A DNA stretch of 64,000 bases, taken from the NCBI GenBank assembly GCA_964409365.1, contig CAYPCX010000003.1:20577-84576 (forward strand), written 5' to 3'. This document shows positions 57,143-64,000 of the stretch, one piece after another. The notes below the pieces were generated by a model. The model had not been told where the DNA came from, did not search any database, and worked only from the letters and a program-made list of their open reading frames with translations. The position numbers were made by a program, and so were the translations under genes. The DNA comes from an uncultured Planctomycetia bacterium (GTDB taxonomy: Bacteria; Omnitrophota; Gorgyraeia; Tantalellales; Tantalellaceae). Numbering within the stretch: the stretch's first letter is position 1; each line of letters opens with the position of its first letter.

Positions 57143-58744
57143 ATGCGCACCTGGCAACATATCGCAATATTGCTGCTCGTGTCGTCGTTCCTGTACTTTT
57201 TCGCGCTGGGCGGCATGCCGTTAACGGACCCTGACGAGACTTTTTACGCCGAGACGGCGAAAGAGATGGCCGGTTCCGGCGAATGGATAACGCCGACCAT
57301 ATTCGGCAAGCCGCAGTTCGAAAAGCCGATTCTTTATTACTGGCTGGTCGAGATCAGCTATAAACTCTTCGGAGTGACCGAATTTTCGTCGCGGCTGCCT
57401 TCGGCCGTTTTCGGCGTGATCGGCGTCATAGGGGTATACCTTCTCGGCAGGGTATTGTTCTCGCCGCTGTGCGGCCTGCTTTCGGCCCTTGCGATGTCCA
57501 CGTCCGCGCTTTACATAGTTCTGGCAAGGGCGTGCGTCACCGACATCGTGCTCACCGTCTTCATCCTTTTTTGCATGCTGCTTTTTATCCTCGGGTGGCA
57601 GAGCGGTAAAAAGATATGGTATATGGTGGCGGCGGCCATGGCCGCCTTCGCCGTCCTCACTAAAGGGCCGATAGGTCTGTTGATACCCGGCGCGGCCCTG
57701 GCAGCTTACGTCGCGGCAGGCAGGCGATGGAGACAACTGGGGCGTATACCGCTATTTTGGAGCATACTGGTCTTTTTGGCCGTAAGCCTTCCCTGGTACG
57801 TGATGGTAACGCGTATCCACGGAGGGGATTTTCTGTCTCATTTCTTCGGTTTCCAGAACGTGACGAGGTTCCTCGTGCCGGAACACCGGCTCGGGAGCAC
57901 GCCTCTTTTTTATATACCGATCGTCCTGGGGGGGATATTCCCCTGGACGCCTTTCCTTGTTTTCGGCGCCTGGCATCTGTATAAAAAGGGCACGGAAGGC
58001 GCGCGTCTGGCCGGCAGCCGGCTGTTCCTCGCTGCCTGGTTCCTTACGGTATTTGTCTTCTTTACGGTAGCGCGCACGAAGCTGGTCACGTATATCTTCC
58101 CGCTTTTTCCGGTACTTGCCGTTGTCAGCGGCAGGTTCTGGGAGGCATATATCCGTGACGGCCGTAACAGACGCTCAGACGTAATGATGAACCTGTCTTT
58201 CGGCCTTTTGCTTCTGGTGAGCCTCGCGGGGCAGGTGGCAGCGTTTTTCGTGATAAAAGCAAGGTACGGCGATATCGCATGGCCCGTACTGTCGGTCCTT
58301 TCTTTTTTTACGGCGGCGGTAGTTGTCTCGTACCTTTTCGTCATTAAAGGTAAGGGATACAAGTCGTTCTTCACCCTTGTCCTCGCCGTCATGGTGCTTG
58401 TCCTGCCGTTCGGGGCGCGTATAGCGCCGGCCATAGCCACTATCGAGTCCAGTAAACCCCTTGCCGAGATCCTCGGGTCCGTTGCCGGGGCGGAAGAGGC
58501 CGTCGCGGGGGAATGCGACCACAGGCGGGGTATCGCTTTCTATTCGGGCAGAACGGATATAGAGGATGTTCACCCTTACCATGACCTCGGCCTTTTTGTC
58601 TCCAGAAAGGACAGGGTCTGGGCTATTATCCAGGACAAACATTTCGCCCAGCTGAAGATTAATAAATCCGATCTTCCTCTTGAGGTGGTAGCCGTATCAG
58701 GCGAATACGTGCTCATTACCAATAAACCTTATAAAAGACGGTAG
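57143..58744 (+). CDS. ArnT/PMT-like (GT39/GT83-type) polyprenyl-phosphate-sugar-dependent glycosyltransferase
   Basis: N-terminal loop motif LTDPDETFYAETAKEM (DE/DD), ...FGKPQFEKPILYYW...; 533 aa polytopic. Confidence 0.7.
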   Translation: MRTWQHIAILLLVSSFLYFFALGGMPLTDPDETFYAETAKEMAGSGEWITPTIFGKPQFEKPILYYWLVEISYKLFGVTEFSSRLPSAVFGVIGVIGVYLLGRVLFSPLCGLLSALAMSTSALYIVLARACVTDIVLTVFILFCMLLFILGWQSGKKIWYMVAAAMAAFAVLTKGPIGLLIPGAALAAYVAAGRRWRQLGRIPLFWSILVFLAVSLPWYVMVTRIHGGDFLSHFFGFQNVTRFLVPEHRLGSTPLFYIPIVLGGIFPWTPFLVFGAWHLYKKGTEGARLAGSRLFLAAWFLTVFVFFTVARTKLVTYIFPLFPVLAVVSGRFWEAYIRDGRNRRSDVMMNLSFGLLLLVSLAGQVAAFFVIKARYGDIAWPVLSVLSFFTAAVVVSYLFVIKGKGYKSFFTLVLAVMVLVLPFGARIAPAIATIESSKPLAEILGSVAGAEEAVAGECDHRRGIAFYSGRTDIEDVHPYHDLGLFVSRKDRVWAIIQDKHFAQLKINKSDLPLEVVAVSGEYVLITNKPYKRR

Positions 58745-58849
58745 GGAGGGCGGGCTTTTTCGTTGCTTTACGCCCGCAGTATGATATAATGTACCTGCTA
58801 AAAGCCCCGAAGATCAGGCTTCCGGGGGTCAAACACAAAAAAGGATAAA

Positions 58850-60382
58850 ATGAATTACAGTATCTGCAGAAAATGCTCCAAAATAGTGCCTGCTGTGCAT
58901 GTCCAAAAGGACGGCAAAGAGTATCTGGAAAAACAATGCCCCGATTGCGGTAACAACCTCGACCTTATATCGAACGACGCCGCGCGCTACAACAAAAAAC
59001 GCGATATGATGGCCGACGTGGAATTCCCGGGCTGCGAAATGAACTGCCTCGAGTGTTTCCATAAGGTCCCCGACGTCCTGTTCGTCGAGACGACCAACCG
59101 GTGCAACATGAACTGCCCGATCTGCCTGACCAACGTGCCGTCCATGGGATTCGAGTTCGAGCCCGGCATGGACTACTTCGAAAGGCTTTTCAGCCATTAC
59201 GCGAAATGTGATTTCCCGCCCCCGGTACAGCTTTTCGGGGGTGAGCCGACCATACGGGAAGACCTTTTCGATATAATCGCCCTTGCGCGGTCTTACGGCC
59301 TCTCGGCGCGGGTGGTCACCAACGGCCTCAAGCTCGCCGATCCGGAATATTGCGAAAAGATCATGTCAAGCGGCGCCTCGGTCCTGATATCATTCGACGG
59401 GCTTAAAAGGGAGATGTACGCGACGCTGCGCGGTCACCCTGAAGCGCTCGACTTGAAACTGAAAGCGCTCGAGAACATATCCCGGCGCAAAAAAGGCAAG
59501 GTCGTCCTGATGACGGTGGTCGACAAGAACTTTAACGCCGAAGACATGCCTCATTTCCTCGATTATTGCCTCAAGAACTCCGGCGTCGTCCGCGGTATAT
59601 TCCTCATGCCGCTCACCCACGTGTGGTCAGAAGATCGCCTGAAGTATGATCCCGAAAGGACCACCCAGGAGGACACGGAAAGGATCGTCGAGGAAGCCGT
59701 GGGCGAGAGGATAGACTTCGTCCCGCTGGGGGCGCTCGCATTCTCGAACCTGGCGAAGATCTTCAAGGTAAAACGGATGCCGTTTTTGGGCGTCCATCCG
59801 AACTGTGAAAGTTTCGCGCTTCTCGTCTCCAACGGCGAAAAATACGTGCCGCTGAACAAATACCTCAAGACCGATTTTTTCGCGTTCGTGAACGACATGC
59901 GCGCGCTCGACGGTTCCCTGGAAAAGCCCGTTTCTTCGGGGGAGGCAGGCGCCTTGAGAAAGCTTCTTGTGCTTCTCTCTCTCGGGCGCTTATTTCTCAA
60001 GCATGTCGATTTCGGCGCGGTCGTGAAGGCGAGGGGGCTCAAAGCGTTCGGCCGGTGGATGGGGATCTTCGCCTCGGCCGCGACGGGCAAAAAGTTCAAG
60101 GACGTCTTCAAGGAAAGGACGGAGGTCAAGGACATCCTGCTGCTCATCCTTCTGCCTTTCGAGGACTCCGCCACGACCGAGACCGACCGCCTGGAGATGT
60201 GCAAATCATGCTTCGGGTACGTTGACGTGGCGACCGATACCATAAAAGCGATACCCGTATGCATATGGGAAAGGTTCAAGAACGTCGCCATGAAGGATAT
60301 GGCCAGGAAATACAACAAAAAAGGGTACACCAAAGGCCTTTACGACGAACAGCCCGCTGAAAAGGTGAAAGAGGATGCTTGA
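58850..60382 (+). CDS. Radical SAM enzyme with N-terminal CxxC...CxxC zinc-ribbon/rubredoxin-like motif (paralog A); possibly Tes/GDGT-MAS-like lipid-modifying family
   Basis: CRKCSK...(17)...CPDCGN ribbon; CNMNCPIC (CxxxCxxC) plus upstream CEMNCLEC; glycine-rich SAM site QLFGGEPTIRED; C-terminal CKSCFGYVDV...IPVCIWE. Family assignment is from memory, not searched. Confidence 0.6.
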   Translation: MNYSICRKCSKIVPAVHVQKDGKEYLEKQCPDCGNNLDLISNDAARYNKKRDMMADVEFPGCEMNCLECFHKVPDVLFVETTNRCNMNCPICLTNVPSMGFEFEPGMDYFERLFSHYAKCDFPPPVQLFGGEPTIREDLFDIIALARSYGLSARVVTNGLKLADPEYCEKIMSSGASVLISFDGLKREMYATLRGHPEALDLKLKALENISRRKKGKVVLMTVVDKNFNAEDMPHFLDYCLKNSGVVRGIFLMPLTHVWSEDRLKYDPERTTQEDTERIVEEAVGERIDFVPLGALAFSNLAKIFKVKRMPFLGVHPNCESFALLVSNGEKYVPLNKYLKTDFFAFVNDMRALDGSLEKPVSSGEAGALRKLLVLLSLGRLFLKHVDFGAVVKARGLKAFGRWMGIFASAATGKKFKDVFKERTEVKDILLLILLPFEDSATTETDRLEMCKSCFGYVDVATDTIKAIPVCIWERFKNVAMKDMARKYNKKGYTKGLYDEQPAEKVKEDA

Positions 60383-61880
60383 CCGGGAAGTCCACGCTCT
60401 ATGCCCGACCTGTTCTAAATCCATCAAGGGAAAGATCTACGTAAAAGAAGAAAAGGTCTTTCTTGAAAAAGAATGCCCCGAACACGGGATCATAACGGAC
60501 CTCCTTTCATCCGACTCGGCGATGTGGCTCGACCGGATGAGCCTGCTGGACCACGTATATCCCAACCCCTGCAGCGTCGAAAAGTGCAAGACAGGCATCT
60601 TCAGGTGCCGCGACCATGTGGCCAGAAAATCCCCGCTCGCCTTTATCGAGATAACTACCCGCTGCAACATGAAATGCCCGGTCTGTTATGCCGACGCCGA
60701 ATCAAAGGGCAAAGACATGCCCCTCGGCCACATCGACCGTATCCTGGACAAGATCGTAGAAGAGGACCCGAAAACGCACGTCATCCTGATAGGCGGCGAG
60801 CCCACTATACACAAGGACTTTTTTGAGATCCTCGGCAAGATCAGGGCAAAGGGCCTGATGAAAAGGGCCTTCATCGCGACCAACGCCATCACGCTCGCCG
60901 ACAGGGAATTCGCAAAAAAAGTCCATGAGGCGGGCATAAAGAAGTTCTTCCTGGCCTTCGACGGAACGGACAGGGAAGCCTGCAAAAAGATCCGGGGCAG
61001 CTACATCTCTTATGATTCTCTTCGAAAGGCCCTCCGGAACATCCGGGAGAACGGGAAGGCGTGGATAATCGCCTCGATCACCGCCGTGAAGGACTTGAAC
61101 GTGGAAGATATCCCTAAGGCCATCGAGTTCGCGATGGACAACGCCGATATCGTCAGGAGGATCATGATCTCCCCCGAGGTCTATTGCGGCAGGATAGACC
61201 GCAAAGATGACCTTTCGAGTTCGCGCCTTACCGGCGACTGCGTGGAGACATACCTGAGGAAAGAGCTGGACGTGAAAGCGGCTACGGTATCCCTTAGTTT
61301 CATATTCGCGCTCCTCCAGCCCCTTAAATCGATGGGTTTTCTCGATCCGGAAAGCTGGATGGCTGCGGTGCCGAGCCCGTTCTGCGGGAACATGGGTTTC
61401 GTGTGGCAGGATAAAGAGAACAGGTTCCACTCGCTCATCGACCTTTTTGTCAGGGACGCCGATACGAACGTCTATGGGCTGGGGCGCGATATAAACCGCC
61501 TGGCAGACCAGATCGCGCGCGCGCGTTCAAGGTTCACCGGCGGCCTTTTAGGCCGTCTCGCCTGGCGAACGGCAGTGTACACGTATTATCTGCCCCGTTA
61601 CCTTTTCCTGCTCCTGGGGCGCATGAACAAAAAGGGCGTTTTCGGGGCCCTCGGCTCACTTTTCAGGGCCGGGTTCAGCCTGAAAAAGTTCAAGGCCGGC
61701 TTTTTCGGGAAGAGGAGGATGGAGATAGTCTATCTCCTCGGTTCCGACAGGTACAATTATATCTGGGACAAGATGCCTTATTGCCTTACCCAGCATTACC
61801 GCATTCATCCAAGAACGGACGAGGTGGTGAAGATCCCGGGGTGTTTCGTTTTCGCGTTCAGGGAGGAACTAGAGTCATGA
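60375..61880 (+). CDS. Radical SAM enzyme with N-terminal CxxC...CPEHG ribbon (paralog B), overlapping paralog A by 8 nt
   Basis: CPTCSK...(17)...CPEHG; CNMKCPVC; LIGGEPTIHKDF; same architecture as paralog A. Confidence 0.6.
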   Translation: MLDREVHALCPTCSKSIKGKIYVKEEKVFLEKECPEHGIITDLLSSDSAMWLDRMSLLDHVYPNPCSVEKCKTGIFRCRDHVARKSPLAFIEITTRCNMKCPVCYADAESKGKDMPLGHIDRILDKIVEEDPKTHVILIGGEPTIHKDFFEILGKIRAKGLMKRAFIATNAITLADREFAKKVHEAGIKKFFLAFDGTDREACKKIRGSYISYDSLRKALRNIRENGKAWIIASITAVKDLNVEDIPKAIEFAMDNADIVRRIMISPEVYCGRIDRKDDLSSSRLTGDCVETYLRKELDVKAATVSLSFIFALLQPLKSMGFLDPESWMAAVPSPFCGNMGFVWQDKENRFHSLIDLFVRDADTNVYGLGRDINRLADQIARARSRFTGGLLGRLAWRTAVYTYYLPRYLFLLLGRMNKKGVFGALGSLFRAGFSLKKFKAGFFGKRRMEIVYLLGSDRYNYIWDKMPYCLTQHYRIHPRTDEVVKIPGCFVFAFREELES

Positions 61881-63382
61881 AAGTGCATTTAGCCGGTTTT
61901 AACGTCGACACCGCCGTCCTGCGCGAGATGGAAGAAAAAGCCGGGACGCGCGATGATATCACCCCCGAGGTCATTTCCGCGGCATACGCCCGGATAAGCA
62001 GGGACCCGCGTCCGATAAACGAGATACGGAAAGACGCGCGGGAAGAAGTGGAACGCGCCAGAAAGTCCAATTCTTCCATCATCTTCAAGATGGGGCACCA
62101 TTCGGTCGCCGAGCACGCCGTCTTCAATTTGGATATTATCGGCCTCTCACGCCTCGCGATGGAAGAGGTGGAGAAATTCCGCCTTTCGTCCTATACCGAG
62201 AAATCACAGCGGTATATCACCCTGGAGAAGGATTTTGTGGTCCCCGGGGAGATCAGGGGCACGAACTTCGAAAATGCGTTCACGGACATGATCCGCGAGC
62301 AGAACGAAGCTTACTTCCGGTTCTTCGAAAAGTTAAAGGGCCACGTTTTCAAGAAATACGCCGGCCTGGCCGCCGATCCGAAAAAACACAACATGCTGGA
62401 AGGGTGGGCGAAAGAGGACGCCCGGTACATCACGGCCCTCGCGACCGGGTCGCAAGTGGGCCAGACGGTGAACGCGCGGGTCCTGGAACTCATGCTCAGG
62501 AGGTTCGCTTCCCACCCCCTGGCGGAAGTGCAGCAGCTCGGCCGCGCAGTCTACAAGGTGATAGCCGAGGTAGCCCCTTCTATAGTACTGTTCCACGAAG
62601 CCAACGACCGCGATCTCAGGACATATCCTGAGCTGAAAGAACTGGCCTGCGGCACGACGACCGGAAGTATCCCCATAGGACCGGGCAGGGCAGTGGAACT
62701 TCTCGAACATACCGCGGACGGCGACACCGTGGTGGCGGCCTCGCTCCTCCATTCGTCTTCCGATATGCCGTATGACCAGTGCAAGAAAGCAGTGGAGAGC
62801 ATGTCCGAAGAAAAGAAACTGGAGATCTTCAAGGCGGCCTGGCGTAACATGCAGTTCTACGACTCCATGCTCAGAGAGTTCGAATACGCGGACCTGACGT
62901 TCAACATCGTTCTTTCGGCCGCCTGTTTCGGCCAGCTCAAGCGCCACCGGATGGCCACGATCACTTCCCAGTCTTACGACCCGGAACTCGGTATCACTGT
63001 GCCCGGGTCTATAACAGAGACCGGCATGGAAAAAGATTTCCGCGAGATCGCGGCGAAAAGCGCCGAACTCTACGAAAAGATACGGAAGGAGATACCCCTC
63101 GCGGCGCCGTATATCCTTACCAACGCGCACCGCAAGCGCGTGCTCATGCGCCTGAACGCGCGTGAACTTTACCATATATCCCGGCTCCGGGAAGACGCCC
63201 ACGCCCAGTGGGATATCAGGAACATCTCCCGCGCCATGAGCGAAGAGGCCGGGAAGGTCATGCCGCTCACTTTCGCTTTCATCGGGGGCAAAGACAGGTA
63301 CAATGAAATATACGAAAGCATATACGGCCGTCTCCCGAAGGTAACGGAAGCGGTACTGCCGGGAGCCAAAAAGATCAAATAG
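61877..63382 (+). CDS. thyX: Tandem-duplicated ThyX-like flavin-dependent thymidylate synthase (two ThyX folds in one 501-aa chain)
   Basis: Unit 1: GHHSVAEHAVFNLDIIGLSRLAMEEVEKFRLSSYTEKSQRY (HxSxxEH...SR...SQRY but RHR replaced by FRL) plus ARYITALATGSQ...NARVLELMLRRF. Unit 2: LTFNIVLSAACFGQLKRHRMATITSQSYD (RHR present, SxRY degenerate) plus APYILTNAHRKRVLMRLNARELYHISRLREDAHAQWDIRNISRAM. ATG 61877 overlaps previous stop by 4 nt. Confidence 0.7.
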   Translation: MKVHLAGFNVDTAVLREMEEKAGTRDDITPEVISAAYARISRDPRPINEIRKDAREEVERARKSNSSIIFKMGHHSVAEHAVFNLDIIGLSRLAMEEVEKFRLSSYTEKSQRYITLEKDFVVPGEIRGTNFENAFTDMIREQNEAYFRFFEKLKGHVFKKYAGLAADPKKHNMLEGWAKEDARYITALATGSQVGQTVNARVLELMLRRFASHPLAEVQQLGRAVYKVIAEVAPSIVLFHEANDRDLRTYPELKELACGTTTGSIPIGPGRAVELLEHTADGDTVVAASLLHSSSDMPYDQCKKAVESMSEEKKLEIFKAAWRNMQFYDSMLREFEYADLTFNIVLSAACFGQLKRHRMATITSQSYDPELGITVPGSITETGMEKDFREIAAKSAELYEKIRKEIPLAAPYILTNAHRKRVLMRLNARELYHISRLREDAHAQWDIRNISRAMSEEAGKVMPLTFAFIGGKDRYNEIYESIYGRLPKVTEAVLPGAKKIK

Positions 63383-63414
63383 GGTTTTTGCACAAGAAAG
63401 GAAGAGGGCTGGAG

Positions 63415-64000
63415 ATGGCGGACGAAAAACCCGTGGCAAATTGGCATTCTCTGGATATCGACGATTGTATAAAACAGCTGGAAAGTTCAACGAGCGGCAT
63501 CTCTTCACAGGAGGCCAAAAAACGCCTCGACAAGTATGGTCTCAACAAGATCCGCGAGGAGAAAGCCATATCGGGCTGGGAGATACTTTTCCGCCAGCTC
63601 AAAGGTTTTTTCAATATCGTCCTTTACGTGGCCGCGGTGATCGCTTTCTGGGCCCACAAGCTCCCTGACGCGATCTTCATCTGCGCGATACTCGTGATCA
63701 ATACCACGCTTTCCTTTTTCCAGGAATACAAGGCGAGCCGCGCGATGGAAGCGCTGAAGCAGTTCCTTGTCGAAAAGGTAAAGGTCTCGCGCGACGGCCA
63801 GACGATAGAGATCGACGTCACCGAAGTAGTGCCCGGCGACGTTATCGAGCTTGAGGAAGGCGAAAAGGTGCCCGCCGACGCCCGGGTCCTTGAAGTGTAC
63901 GCCCTCCGTGTCGACGAATCGATGCTTACCGGCGAATCCACACCGGTCGACAAGATCACGGAAAAAACGAAAGAAGACGCCGATCTCGGTGACAGGAAGG
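63415..64000 (+). CDS. P-type cation-transporting ATPase (N-terminal part; continues beyond window)
   Basis: Cation-ATPase N-terminal domain (WHSLDIDDCIKQL...GLS.QEAKKRLDKYGLN) and actuator-domain VPGDVIELEEGEKVPADARVLE...LRVDESMLTGES. Confidence 0.8.
   Translation, partial: MADEKPVANWHSLDIDDCIKQLESSTSGISSQEAKKRLDKYGLNKIREEKAISGWEILFRQLKGFFNIVLYVAAVIAFWAHKLPDAIFICAILVINTTLSFFQEYKASRAMEALKQFLVEKVKVSRDGQTIEIDVTEVVPGDVIELEEGEKVPADARVLEVYALRVDESMLTGESTPVDKITEKTKEDADLGDRK

Noticed and set aside
62333-63508. 391-aa minus-strand ORF
   Set aside because: It is antisense to the ThyX-like gene and the start of the P-type ATPase. There is no homology signal.
1-64000. Mobile elements, integrases, transposases, tRNA/rRNA genes
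   Set aside because: No ORF shows DDE/tyrosine-recombinase motifs. No intergenic segment has a tRNA-like cloverleaf or rRNA-like conserved blocks. The intergenic regions are short and occupied by promoters or repeats.

Overview
This 64-kb window looks like a compact, moderately GC-rich bacterial chromosome segment, probably from an uncultivated lineage; that placement is inference from gene content only. Almost all genes sit on the + strand, and many neighbours overlap by 4 to 11 nt.

Layout, left to right:
- The 3' ~5.8 kb of a giant surface protein, built from at least 14 near-identical 315-nt (105-aa) Ig-like tandem repeats.
- A convergent minus-strand pair: a TpsB/ShlB-family Omp85 transporter with a C-terminal helical extension, followed by a small secreted Lys-rich protein.
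- A FecR-like protein.
- A large nucleotide-biosynthesis supercluster: two full-length carB paralogs flanking a single carA, then purF (B. subtilis-type propeptide), a UPF0371/DUF1846 protein, pyrG, a SagB-type nitroreductase, an icd-like dehydrogenase, guaA, a PurS-PurS-PurL fusion, purQ and a LOG-family protein.
- PilZ, ugd, malic enzyme, and a Tat-signal DUF362 paired with a NapH-like polyferredoxin.
- KptA/Tpt1 followed by a small nuclease-like ORF.
- A cation-homeostasis block: a CPA antiporter fused to a PTS EIIA(Ntr) domain, then trkH and trkA.
- A 280-aa mini-secretin operon, then a run of DUF membrane proteins.
- An lplT-aas-like lysophospholipid module with a tri-domain AMP-ligase/ACP/PlsC protein.
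- An orphan OmpR-type response regulator.
- An ArnT-like glycosyltransferase.
- Two overlapping paralogous radical SAM enzymes with N-terminal CxxC zinc-ribbon/rubredoxin-like motifs, followed with a 4-nt overlap by a tandem-duplicated ThyX-like protein.
- The 5' end of a P-type ATPase.

Non-coding highlights:
- A composite intergenic repeat family, (CAGGT)n-(GTGTCA)n-CGTTCGTT-GTGTCA-TGACAC. One copy appears to sit in-frame inside purQ.
- A three-copy REP-like palindromic element, ACACCCGAWGTGT, at gene 3' ends. One copy forms an intrinsic terminator after the first carB.

No rRNA, tRNA, CRISPR array or obvious transposase/integrase was seen.
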